Positions 1 through 10,874 of a stretch of DNA of 64,000 nt are shown here, piece after piece (position 1 is the first letter of the stretch; each line of letters starts with the position of its first letter). The stretch spans positions 1,888,001 to 1,952,000 of the forward strand of contig CAWFSF010000006.1 of NCBI GenBank assembly GCA_963818475.1, written 5' to 3'. The translations under genes and the position numbers were made by a program. The notes under the pieces are model-generated. The model was given only the letters and a program-made list of their open reading frames with translations. It did not search any database and had not been told where the DNA came from. The stretch is from Nitrospirota bacterium. Its GTDB lineage: Bacteria > Nitrospirota > UBA9217.

Positions 1-374
1 TCTGGTACTCGTCAATGATGAAGTCCTTCCTGAGCAGCGGAAGGTCCACGCTGTTTCCTGATCCGGCCGAGGTAAGCCAGGTCTCCCTGGAAGAACTGTT
101 TCTCCGTGAGGACCGAAAGGCAGGCAGCGCCGGACTCCTGATACACGTCTGCGATCTTCACCGGGTCGAAATCCTCGCGGATCACACCCTTGGACGGCGA
201 GGCCTTTTTCACCTCGGCAATGAGCCGGATCTCCGTCCCCTGTGCAAGCGCCTTGCCGAATCCCCGCGTGGGAGCGGAATCGGCTATCCGTTGTTTTATC
301 TCGCTGAGCGGCGTTTTGCGCTTCGTCTCTGCAAGCTCTTCTTTTTTATACGCGATGATATCGTCCAGGATCAT
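1..374 (-). CDS. trpC: Indole-3-glycerol phosphate synthase, N-terminal part; frameshift near 55; runs off the window
   Basis: Motifs IAEVKKASPSKGVIREDF and AACLSVLTE; directly downstream of trpD. Confidence 0.93.
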
Positions 375-441
375 ATTGCCCCGCTGTCCCCTGGATGTTC
401 AATCCGCATTCCGCAATCCGCATTCCGCAATCAACAATCCC

Positions 442-1457
442 CTATGGCTTATTCGTGAACGACTTGAGCTGCTCCAGCTTGTTCATGGCAGCGCCGGAAT
501 CGATGGAGGCTGACGGCAAGGGTGATGCCTTCTTTGAGGTCCGTCGCCCGTCCGGCTGCGGCGAGCGCTGCAGCCGCGTTCAGCAGAACAATATCGCGGC
601 GCGGACCTTTTTGTCCTTTCAGCACATCCATGGTGATGGCTGCATTCTCTTTTGCATCGCCGCCCTTCAGGTCTTCCGCCTTACCGGTCGCAAGACCGAA
701 GTCGGAGGGATGGATGAAATAGTCCTCGACCTTTCCGTCTCTGAACTCCGACACTTTGGTGCGGTCGGTGATCGTGATCTCATCAAGACCGTCCATGCCG
801 TGCACCACGAAGGCATGGGTCGTGCCGAGATTGCCGAGGGCGCGGGCCAGCAGCGTCGTCAGGTCAGCAGCATAAACGCCCATGACCTGCGCGGTCACTT
901 TGGCGGGATTGGTGAGCGGGCCCAGCACGTTAAAGATGGTGCGGATGCCGATCTCGCGCCGCGGCCCGATGGCGTACTTCATGGCCAGGTGCATCATGGG
1001 CGCAAAGAGAAAGCCGATGCCGATGTCCTTAATGCATTCCTCGGCACGATGCGAGGGTATTTCGATGTTCACGCCCAGCGCCTGCAGCACGTCGGCGCTG
1101 CCGCTCTTGCTCGAGACCGACCGGTTGCCGTGCTTCGCCACGGTCACGCCCGCGGCGGCGACCACAAAGGCCGCTGTCGTGGAGATATTGAACGTATGCG
1201 CCATGTCGCCGCCGGTGCCGCAGGTGTCGACCTGATAGCGGGCGTCCAGTTTGATCGGGACCGCCTTCTCGCGCATGACCCGGGCGGAACCCGTGATCTC
1301 CTCAACGGTCTCGCCCTTCATCCGCAGCGCGGTGATATACGCGGCGATCTGGGCGTCCGTTGCCTCGCCCTGCATGATCTCGCGCATCACCGTCTCGGCC
1401 TCGGCCTCGGTCAGATTGGTTCTTGCTAATTACTTTTGCGATGGCTTCTTTTATCAT
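442..1457 (-). CDS. trpD: Anthranilate phosphoribosyltransferase (frameshifts near both ends)
   Basis: Motifs [13 protein letters not shown] and [15 protein letters not shown]. The N-terminus MIKEAIAKV and the C-terminus [17 protein letters not shown] lie in other frames. Confidence 0.93.
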
Positions 1458-1580
1458 AGACCTCTTCGACCGCAGATTTTCGCCACGAAGCGCACTAAGA
1501 CACGAAATTGATCTTAAGCCGGTTCTCTTCGTGATCTGCGTGTGTGGCATAGCCGTCACCGGTTCATCTGCGGTCTACGA

Positions 1581-2144
1581 TCACAGCTTTAAAAAATTCC
1601 TGAGCAGGTCCTTGCCCGCGTTGGTCAGGATCGACTCGGGATGGAACTGCACGCCTTCCACCTTGAACTGCTTGTGCCGCACGCCCATGATGATGCCGTC
1701 GTCGGTCCAGGCCGTCACTTCGAGCACGGACGGCAGGGTCTCGCGCTTGATGATAAGCGAATGATAGCGCGTTGCCTCAAAAGGGTTCGGCAACCCGGCA
1801 AAAAGGGTCTTGTTGTCGTGGTGGATCATGGAGGTCTTGCCGTGCATCAGGTAGGGCGCGCGGATCACGTCGCCGCCGAAGGCCTCTCCGATGGACTGGT
1901 GCCCCAGGCAGACGCCGAGCACCGGCACCTTGCCCGCGAAATGTTTGATCACGTCGATGGAGATCCCCGCCTCCTTGGGCGTACAGGGGCCGGGCGAGAT
2001 CACGATGCGCTCGGGCTTCATCTTCTCGATCTCCGCGATCGAGATCTTGTTGTTCCGGTAGACCTGCAGGCTCTGCCCCAGTTCGCCGAAGTACTGGACC
2101 AGGTTGTAGGTGAAGGAATCGTAATTGTCGATCATTAATAACAT
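1581..2144 (-). CDS. trpG: Anthranilate synthase component II (glutamine amidotransferase)
   Basis: Motifs [23 protein letters not shown] and QFHPES. Confidence 0.92.
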   Translation of the reverse strand: MLLMIDNYDSFTYNLVQYFGELGQSLQVYRNNKISIAEIEKMKPERIVISPGPCTPKEAGISIDVIKHFAGKVPVLGVCLGHQSIGEAFGGDVIRAPYLMHGKTSMIHHDNKTLFAGLPNPFEATRYHSLIIKRETLPSVLEVTAWTDDGIIMGVRHKQFKVEGVQFHPESILTNAGKDLLRNFLKL

Positions 2145-2164
2145 AAGAACCTCTGAAAATCGTC

Positions 2165-2312
2165 TCTCGCAAAGGCGCAAAGGGCGCAAAGGAAATCTTT
2201 TGACTTCTAGAATCTAGACCAGAGCCTTATTTTAAGTTTCTGTCATTAAATCGTTATACGTCTCGTTCGATTTTGACCTGTTTTTCTTTGCGAGCTTTGC
2301 GCCTTTGCGAGA
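2165..2312. repeat. 9-bp-periodic inverted repeat element
   Basis: Arms CGCAAAGGCGCAAAGGGCGCAAAG and CTTTGCGAGCTTTGCGCCTTTGCG around an AT-rich spacer. Confidence 0.75.
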
Positions 2313-2333
2313 AAACCGTTTTGGCTTTTGTAT

Positions 2334-3822
2334 TTAGTCCAAACCCTTTTCCGCCATTTCCACGGCGCGCATCATGGCCTGGGCCTTGTTCACGGTCTCC
2401 TGGTACTCGGCAGCAGGGTCGCTGTCCGCCACCACGCCGCCGCCGGCCTGGATGTAGGCCGTATCGTCCTTGATCACGAGCGTCCGGATGGTGATGCAGG
2501 TGTCCATGTTGCCCGAGAAACCGAAGTAGCCGACCGCGCCTGCATAGGGGCCGCGTTTCGTGGGCTCCAGCTCGTCGATGATCTGCATGGCCCTGATCTT
2601 GGGCGCCCCCGAAACGGTGCCTGCAGGAAAACAGGCGCGGATCACGTCATAGGAGTCCTTGCCCGGCGACAGCCTGCCGCGCACGTTCGACACGATGTGC
2701 ATCACGTGGGAATAGCGTTCGATCACCATCAGCTCGGAAACGGAAACGCTGCCCGGTTCGCTCACGCGGCCCACGTCGTTCCTGCCGAGGTCCACCAGCA
2801 TGATATGCTCGGCCCGCTCCTTGGGATCGGCAAGCAGTTCATCGGCCAGCGCCTGGTCCTCTTCCTCGGTCGTGCCGCGTTTGCGCGTACCGGCGATGGG
2901 CCTGAGGTCTATCCGTTCCCCTTCGAGCCTGACCATCACCTCCGGCGATGCGCCCACAACGGTCGCCGTGCCGCAGCGCAGAAAATACATGTAGGGCGAG
3001 GGATTGATGAGCCGCAATGCGCGGTAGATCTCATAGGGCTCGACGGAAATTTTGGTTTGGAACCGCTGGGACGGCACGACCTGAAAGATGTCGCCGGCCT
3101 TGATATATTCCTTTGCCTTCAGCACGGCCTGCTCGTACTGCGGCTGCGTGAAATTGGAGGTGAGCGTATGTGGCTTTGTTTTGGCTTTCCCCTTGCCCCT
3201 TGACCCCTGACCCTGTGACCCCGGTCTTGATTTTTTTTACCAGCCGGTTGATCTTCGCAACGGCCTCTTTGTAGGCAGCCTCGGCCGAACGGCCCTTCAC
3301 GTGCGCGTTCGACACGACCTTCAGCTTGTGCGTGACATTGTCGAAGATCACGAGGGTATCCGTGATCATGAAGAAGACATCGGGAATGTCCAGCCCTTCT
3401 TTCGGCCTGGCAGGCAGTTCCTCGAAATAATTGACCACATCGTATCCCATGAACCCTACGGCGCCGCCGAAAAAACGCGGCAGTGAAGGGTCCGGCACGG
3501 GCTGGTATTCGGCGAGGAGGGCCTTGACCGCTTCAAGCGGGTCGCGGTCGAACTGCGTTTTCTGCTTTTTGCCGGCCCGGGTGATCTCCACGATGCGGCC
3601 GGAGCTCTTGACGATGACCGACGGCCGACTGCCGAGAAAGGAGTAGCGGGCCCACTTCTCCCCTCCTTCCATGCTTTCGAGAAGAAAGGAATGACGCCCG
3701 TCGTCGATCTTCAGGAAGGCCGACACCGGCGTTTCCATATCTGCAAGGATCTCGCGATAGACCGGTATCAGGTTGCCTTTTTTCGCCCGCAGCTTAAACT
3801 GTTCGAAAGATGGCTGTATCAT
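2334..3822 (-). CDS. trpE: Anthranilate synthase component I (frameshift near 3170)
   Basis: Motifs [33 protein letters not shown] and GTVSGAPK, spread over two ORFs. Confidence 0.93.
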
Positions 3823-3924
3823 AAAATGCCGCAAAACTCCTTGCAAAATGAAAGGTTTAAGTACTATACCAGATAATGAAAAGAGGTGTCAATCAGAAAG
3901 ACTGCACAGGAAGCTGACAGGAGC

Positions 3925-4075
3925 GGCAAAGAGGCCGGGCGCTGCGGGTTCGACCATCTGGTTCTTAAGACCCTCATATGAACACAACGCTGTTCAGGCA
4001 CAGGCTGTTATTCAGTGCAAGGAATCACAAGAATAGCTCTTCCCGCGAAAGCGATGCCGGCCGGCAGAACAGGGT
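3925..4075 (-). ncRNA. ssrS: Probable 6S RNA
   Basis: Hand-folded on the minus strand into a rod: closing stems GGCCGG/CCGGCC, CGCU/AGCG and GCGGG/CCCGC; a central bubble of about 15+20 nt; inner stems UGAAU/GUUCA, ACAGC/GUUGU and CUGU/ACAG. Confidence 0.6.
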
Positions 4076-4092
4076 TGGCAGATTATCGTTGG

Positions 4093-5989
4093 CTATATAT
4101 CCAGATCTGCATAGGACGCCCGTTCCTGAATGAACGTGAACCGTGCCTTCGGGTCCTTGCCCATCAGCCGTTCGAACACGTCGCCGGTCGCCTTATGGTC
4201 CAGCACCTGCACGCGCATGAGGGTCCGCGTCTTGGGATTCATGGTCGTCGACTTTCAAGGTCTCCGGGTTCATTTCGCCCAGACCTTTAAAGCGGCCCAC
4301 TTCATACTTTCTGTTGTTCAGTTTCGCAACGATCTTTTCTTTTTCCATTTCGTCCATGGCGTAGAAAACGTCCTTGCCGGCCTCGATCTTGAAGAGCGGC
4401 GGCATGGCAAGATAGACATGTCCGTGGGCGATCAGCTCCGGCATGTACCGGTAGATGAAGGTCAGCAGCAGCACGCTGATGTGCGCGCCGTCAACGTCGG
4501 CGTCGGTCATGAGGATCACCCGATTGTACCGGAGCTTATTGAGGTCGAAATGCGCTCCCACGCCGCAGCCGAGCGTTGCAAGCAGGTTCTTGATCTCGTT
4601 GTTCTGCTGGATCCGTTCGAGCGATGCCACCTGCTCCACGTTCAGGATCTTGCCGCGAAGCGACAGTATGGCCTGGGTCTTCCGGTCACGGGCCATTTTT
4701 GCGGAGCCGCCTGCCGACTCCCCTTCCACGATGAAGACCTCGGTCTCCTCCACTTTATTGGAGGAGCAATCGGCGAGCTTGCCCGGCAGGTTCAGCTTGA
4801 GCGAAGACAGTTTCCGGGTGACATTGTCCTTGGCAGCGCGCGACGCCATACGGGCCTCGGCGGCCAGCAGAACGCGCTTTACCACAGCGTCCGCCATGGT
4901 GGGGTTCCCCAGCAGATAGGCCTCGCAGGCGTTCTTGACCGAGGCCTCGATGGGCGACAGGATCTCGGGGTTGTTCAGCTTCTCCTTGGTCTGGCCCTGG
5001 AACTGCGGGTTCATCACGAGCACGCTCACGATGCCGTACAGCCCCTCGTACACGTCCTCCGATGCGATGGTCTTGATGTTCTTGGGGATAAGGTTCTTCC
5101 GCTCGGCATAGGCGCGCACGGCCTTGGTGAGCCCGGCCCTGACCCCCATTTCGTGCGTCCCGCCGTCGGACGTGTTGATCGAGTTCGCGTAGGAATGGAT
5201 CTCGGTGTCCGTGGCAGTGGTCCAGTGCACGGCGCACTCGATCTTGAAGTCATCCTCTTTCTCGAAGTAGAACGGCTCCGGGTTCACCAAAAGCGTCCCC
5301 GAAACGATCCGCTTGATATAGTCCTGGATGCCGTTGTCGTATTTAAAGGTGACCGGCTTTTCCCCGTCCCGCGCGTTCTCGATGGTGATCTTGAGGCCCT
5401 TGTTCAAAAAGGCCTTGCTCTCGGAGACATCGAGGATGTTCTTATAGTTGAAGATCGTTTTGGAAAAGATCTCCGGGTCGGGCCGGAAATAGATGGACGT
5501 GCCGTGCGCCTTGGTCGGCGTGCCCTTCTTGAGGTTCCCCTTGGGCTTCCCGCGCGAGAACTCCTGGGTCCACTCGTAGCCGTCTCGCTCTACCGTGGCG
5601 ATAAACACCTCGGAAAGCGCGTTCACCACCGAAGCACCCACGCCGTGGAGCCCGCCCGAGGATTTGTAGGCCGTGTGGTCGAACTTGCCGCCTGCATGGA
5701 GCGTGCAGAGGATCGTCTCGATGGCCGGCCGTTTGGTCTTGGGATGGATATCGACGGGCATGCCCCGGCCGTTGTCCGTCACGGTCACGCCGCCGTCCTT
5801 CTCGATCCGGAGCGTGATCGCCGTGCAGTAGCCGTTCAGCGCTTCGTCCACGGAGTTGTCGAGCATTTCCCAGACGAGATGGTGCAGTCCGCGCACATCC
5901 GTCGAACCGATATACATGGCCGGCCGCTTGCGGACCGGTTCAAGGCCTTCCAGGACCGTGATGTCCTTTGCCGTATACGTTGTCGCCAA
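4093..5989 (-). CDS. parE: Type IIA DNA topoisomerase subunit B (ParE/GyrB family; frameshift near 4250)
   Basis: Motifs LEGLEPVRKRPAMYIG, GGLHGVGASVVNALS, VEGESAGGSAK, LRGKILNV and MTDADVDG. ParE versus GyrB is not certain. Confidence 0.75.
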
Positions 5990-6190
5990 AATAGATCCTC
6001 CTGCTGCCTGCACCTGCAGCCATTCCTGCACATCGATGAGAGGCAGCTCACTTCGTTAAAAAACCATTTCTTTTCCCGTATCGGCTGCAGATTATAAATC
6101 ATGAGGGAGGATAAAGCAATATGAAGTTTTCAGTGATAATTTCTAGGCTCAGTTTTCACGCCGGACAAGCCTTCGCCTGCTGCACGCTCA

Positions 6191-6224
6191 AGAAAAAAGG
6201 CCCTCCGAATGATCGAAGGGCCCT
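6191..6224 (-). terminator. Rho-independent terminator
   Basis: GGCCCT..AGGGCC stem followed by a T-run on the minus strand. Confidence 0.6.
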
Positions 6225-6245
6225 ATCCTTTGTTTCGGCTGCAGC

Positions 6246-6405
6246 CTAGTGCGCTGCCGGTGCTGCCGGTGCCGCTGTCGTGGTCGCCGTGGAAGTGACT
6301 GTCGATTCCACTGCAGGCGCCGGAGCCTCCTGCTTTCTTGCATCCCGTAAAAGCAACAGCAAGTACGAGAACAGCTATGATTGCCGAGATCTTTTTCATA
6401 TTCAT
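6246..6405 (-). CDS. Small Ala/Thr-rich lipoprotein (frameshifted)
   Basis: Lipobox AFTGC; the alternative frame gives an APAPAVESTVTSTATTTAAP tail; preceded by a strong RBS. Confidence 0.6.
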
Positions 6406-6833
6406 TCACCCCCTTTCCTTCCCTGGATATATCTGCAGCACGTTTACCGCAATAGAATAAATCGGATAAAGAACGCGCTGCAGGCATGAGACAATACTTA
6501 TAGTTCGTCCTGCGACGGCACCTCACCGTTTTTTTCTGCCACCGATTCAGTTCCTGTCGCTCGGATAACTGAGCGGAGCGATTATAATACTTTCCCGGTG
6601 AAAATCAAGAGGATTTATGAGGATACCCACTTTTTCTGCCCCACCGCGATTCCGTACCGTGGAGCAGGGAATGAACCTGGACATGACTGACAGGCAGGCC
6701 ACGCGTTCTTTATCATCCCGACGGCAGTTGTACAGACCGGTCTTAACCTAAATCATATATTGACTTATCTTCAATCATGGTTAACGATGGGTATTATAAT
6801 GAGTATGGTTTCAGATGACCAGAGAAAGGCGCC

Positions 6834-7241
6834 ATGAACAGCAGACAAAACCACCTGGAAAAGCAGGAACAGCTTAAGAAGAACAAGCTTGCCGCCGGCC
6901 TGGTGTCTGAACGTTTTCCCGGAGTTTCCGAGATCGTCTTTCGCATGACCTACTACCAAAAGATCTCCCAGCCGGTCCTGATGGTGCGTACGTTGAATTT
7001 TATTTCCACTGATTATGCTTATTTTCGCATGGAATGCATGCGGGATGAATGCACTAATGGGGGCTTTGACCTGACAGCGGCTGTTGCCGCCCTGGTCAAA
7101 AGCCGGAAGAAAACGTCAAAAGGGAAAATATCCTGCTGCGGCAAGAACGAGACCCTTGCCCCCGGGCATGCAAGCATTGTTTATGAAATAACCATCCAGA
7201 GCGACAACGCAAAGAAGGTAAAGACCCGCGCTGCAAGATGA
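6834..7241 (+). CDS. Hypothetical protein (Cys-containing, basic)
   Basis: 135-aa ORF with RBS and a CxxxxCxxGGFD motif; ends at a bidirectional terminator. Confidence 0.7.
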   Translation: MNSRQNHLEKQEQLKKNKLAAGLVSERFPGVSEIVFRMTYYQKISQPVLMVRTLNFISTDYAYFRMECMRDECTNGGFDLTAAVAALVKSRKKTSKGKISCCGKNETLAPGHASIVYEITIQSDNAKKVKTRAAR

Positions 7242-7261
7242 TAAGTGCTGCCCACAAATAC

Positions 7262-7299
7262 AAAAAAGGCTGCCAGAAACTGATACTGACAGCCTTTTT
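7262..7299. terminator. Bidirectional terminator
   Basis: AAAAAAGGCTG...CAGCCTTTTT between convergent genes. Confidence 0.75.
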
Positions 7300-7319
7300 C
7301 ATTCCTGATAGTAAAAATT

Positions 7320-7868
7320 CTACAATTCGCTCACTTTTTTTGCGACCGCTTTGGTCGTCAACTCATTGACCTTCCTGACCACATTTTTCCAGTCCCGAGC
7401 CGAGCCCACACTCTGATCATCTGAAAGCAGCGGCTTCGAGTCACTGCCGAACAGCTCAAAGTGCGTGTCCATCGAGGTCGCGCCGGCACCGAATCCCACG
7501 AACCTCCGGGCGACCTTGCTGCCGGCATTATAATTCGTGATCTTGACCGTCAACAGGTACAAGCCGGCCGCCGGCTTATATTCCGACCGCTTATCGATAA
7601 GACGCGCATTGAAACCGGACTTTTTAAGCACCGCTGGAAGGTCTCGCTCCATGAATTCGCCTACCTGGTCGCGATTATTCGCTTGATAATTGGTGAATGA
7701 TGGTTCGATGCCCCGATCTATCAACACAAGCAGGTTTGTTCCCTTGACGGACGACGTTTTCCCCGATTCAGCTTTACCGGATGCTTCTCTTGGCGCCTTC
7801 GCACAGGCAGACAGTCCAACCATCATCACAACTGCTATCAGCACTACCACTCTGATTCTGTTCTTCAT
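7320..7868 (-). CDS. Lipoprotein (DUF4410-like)
   Basis: Lipobox LSAC; motif GSKVARRFVGFGAG. Confidence 0.7.
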   Translation of the reverse strand: MKNRIRVVVLIAVVMMVGLSACAKAPREASGKAESGKTSSVKGTNLLVLIDRGIEPSFTNYQANNRDQVGEFMERDLPAVLKKSGFNARLIDKRSEYKPAAGLYLLTVKITNYNAGSKVARRFVGFGAGATSMDTHFELFGSDSKPLLSDDQSVGSARDWKNVVRKVNELTTKAVAKKVSEL

Positions 7869-7922
7869 CAGCGGTCCTCCTTGACCATGCGTAAATATGT
7901 CTGTGAGCTCTACCCGCGGGAC

Positions 7923-9451
7923 CTAAAAACGGTCGTACCCGCTTTCGCCCCGATCAGCCCGGCCGGGTTTCAGCGCAAGAATCTCCGGCCGTCCAGACTT
8001 GCCTGCTCCGCAGCGGTCCCCTTACCGGTAAGTTGAGCCGCTCTCGCCGCTGCCCCGCTGCTGCCGGTTCCCGCAGCCGGCTCCTGCTCAACCTTGAAGA
8101 AAGCTATGCTGTCATTAAGCTGCTCCGCCTGGGAAGCCAGTTCTTCCGCTGTGGATGACATTTCTTCGGCGCTTGCGGTGTTCTGCTGGATCACTTCGTT
8201 GAGCTGCTGAATAGCATTGTTGATCTGGTTTGCCCCCGAGGCCTGCTCTTTCGATGACGCACTGATCTCCTGCACAAGCTCGGCAGTTTTCTGGATGTCC
8301 GGCACGAGCCTGGTCAGCATGACCCCCGCCATTTCCGCAACTTCAACGCTCGACGCGGAAAGCAGGCTGATCTCGCCCGCGGCGGCCTGGCTTCGCTCGG
8401 CGAGTTTTCGCACTTCTGCCGCGACAACGGCGAAACCCTTCCCGTGTTCGCCCGCCCGGGCGGCTTCGATCGCCGCGTTCAGCGCCAGCAGATTCGTCTG
8501 GCGCGCGATCTCCTCGATGATCGAGATCTTGCCGGCGATCTCCTTCATGGCGGACACGGCCTGATTCACCGCCTTGCCGCTTTCGAGCGCGTCGCCTGAG
8601 CTCTTGAGCGCGATCTTTTCGGTCTGTTGCGCGTTGTCCGCATTCTGCCTGATCGTGGCGTTCATTTCCTCAATGGAGGATGAAACTTCTTCCGCCGATG
8701 CAGCCTGCTCCGTTGATCCCTGCGACATCCGGGAGGAGCTGTCGTTGATATCGGCACTCATGGTCGAAACGCTCGCGGCCGCGGCTTTGACATTCACCAC
8801 GACCCGGCTCAGGGTGGCGACCATGCTTTTCATACTCTCCAGGAGCTGGCCCAATTCGTCTGTTCGGTCGTTGGCAATGGCGATATTCAATTCTCCCCGG
8901 GCCAAACGTGCCGTGACAGCGACGCACTCCTTGAGCGGCCGGGTGACGCTGCGGACCAGCAGAACAATGCCGAATGCAAAACAGATGACAGCCGTCAGCG
9001 TGCTGGCTGCTATGATGATGATGCTGCTCGTTATCGATTTTTTGATCGACGCGGTGGAGTAGGCGATCGTAAAAGACCCGAGCTTGCGGTTATCGGCGTC
9101 ATGCAATTCCCGCTTGAACAGGAGCAGATCCTGGACCCGCTCCGGTTCTTCCTGCTTCGTCAGCTTTTTTTGCTCTTCGTTGTAAAATCCCACAAACGAC
9201 ACATCCGGGTCCTTCCGGACATCTTCTACGAAATTATCGAGTGCGAGATAATTGAAATTGGCGAGATAGTCGCTGCCTACATGCCCGGCAAGATCGGCCA
9301 CTGAATTGCCCTTCGAATCAAGCGAAGCGCGTATGGAGCGTACATTCTGTACTGCGAGAAACGCGCCGAGCCCGCCGAAGAGCACGATTACCAGACCGAG
9401 CGTGGTCACGAGAAATTTTGCACCCAGTGATGTTTTTACCGTACTCTTCAT
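7923..9451 (-). CDS. Methyl-accepting chemotaxis protein (TM-sensor-TM-HAMP-MA)
   Basis: Motif [30 protein letters not shown]; two TM helices; a C-terminal GYDRF tail in a shifted frame. Confidence 0.88.
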
Positions 9452-9468
9452 ACTATTCCCCTGCGCTT

Positions 9469-10317
9469 CTAGAACTTGAACGTGAACGCCTTCGTTACGC
9501 CCGCCTTCTTGAGTAGAGCCGAGCGTGTGCTTGAAATCATTTACCGTGGTCTGGATGAACCCCCGGATCTTGAGCGACTCCTTCACCGCCTTTGCTTCAG
9601 CCGACGTATCGTTTTGCACACCCAGAAGAACAGCTGCGATCTTCTGCACCGTCTGCCGGTCCATTTTGCGCGACACGATCAGGGTTCCGTCGGGATTCTC
9701 GCCCTTGTCCCCCCCAACCATCTCGTACATGGGGTACTTGTCCTTTTCCTTTGCCCAGACATGGTTCTTGATGATCGCCACATCTGCCTGTCCCCGGCTC
9801 AAGGCGTCGACTGCGGCGCCATGAGAAGCAGCCTTCAGGATTTCTTTCGGCCGCGAGGTGCCGAGGGAATAAAAATAGAACTCTCCGGCAGATGCGAGGG
9901 GAGTGAAGATCACCCGCTTGCCGTTAAAGTAGTCGGGGGACCCGGCAAAACGCGGCGATCCCTTCGGAGCGATCACGACAGCAACATAGGTGCTGACACC
10001 GTCGATCGAAACGGGGCGCGCCACCGGATCAGCCAATTCCTTGATGATCATGGTGCCGGCGATCCCCGAACCGCTGAACATGGCATTGACCCCTCCGCTG
10101 GCGAATAGATCGGCTGCGGACTGGTAGTTCTGGGTCGTCGTGAATGAAGCGGTGATGCCGTTCTTCCCGAAATAATCGAGGAGCGGCTGGAATTTTCTGG
10201 CATCGCCCGCCTGGGCCTGTGTGATCGCTATTTTGATCTCCGCAGCCTGTCCGGTTCGCCGGCAATAACAAACAGCAGCATGATCGACAGCACAAGACGA
10301 ATATATACGGTACGCAT
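9469..10317 (-). CDS. Periplasmic substrate-binding protein, PhnD/phosphate-phosphonate family (frameshifted)
   Basis: Signal peptide; motifs [11 protein letters not shown] and [17 protein letters not shown]; own stop codon (KAFTFKF*) at 9469. Confidence 0.7.
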
Positions 10318-10517
10318 ATTAACATCCTCCTGATCTGAATTTTAAGAACCAATAAAACGGAGTGGCATGTTAAAGGAAGACATTCCCGCTGTCAATATTT
10401 TATTTGTTGGTTTATAAACAGGTTGTTTTTAAGTGGATTCAGGCAGAATTTAACGCGCTATGGGGGAAAAATAGAACAGTGTAATTTCCTTCCGGATGAG
10501 AAGGCGTATCGACTTTC

Positions 10518-10874
10518 TTACCGCACCACCCTGGTCCGTTCCCGGTCCAGGTCATTCCTGAGCTCTTTGACCCGGCCTTCGAGATCGTTGATGCGTTCGA
10601 AAAGCAGCAGAGCTGAGATCGTGTCCGGATCGTTAGCTGGCGCTTCTCGCCAGGCAACAATAAGTTCCGCGAGCAGACCGCGTATCTGGGACAGACACTC
10701 GGCCATGGCCTGCGTCTCCCCGGCAGTTACCGGATTGTCGGTAATGATCCGTTCGGTCTCCTGTGCCAGGGACTGCAGGATCTCAAGACACTGAGCTGCA
10801 CTCACGGCTTTCCGTATCCGCTCGTCCAAATTGTCCATGCGATCCCCCGCGCCCTGCATCGATCGCTCACTCAA
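10518..10874 (-). CDS. Hypothetical helical protein
   Basis: 118-aa ORF whose start overlaps the stop of the upstream MCP. Confidence 0.6.
   Translation of the reverse strand: MSERSMQGAGDRMDNLDERIRKAVSAAQCLEILQSLAQETERIITDNPVTAGETQAMAECLSQIRGLLAELIVAWREAPANDPDTISALLLFERINDLEGRVKELRNDLDRERTRVVR

Noticed and set aside
6440-6700. Riboswitch or sigma-54 site (repeat TTTTTTCTGCC..ACCG at about 6530 and 6631)
   Set aside because: No match to a riboswitch consensus I know and no correct -24/-12 spacing. Too weak to call.
7970-10081. 703-aa binding protein-MCP fusion ORF
   Set aside because: The junction reads as an out-of-frame segment. The binding protein has its own stop at 9469 and the MCP has its own RBS and ATG at 9451, so this is probably a frameshift artefact.
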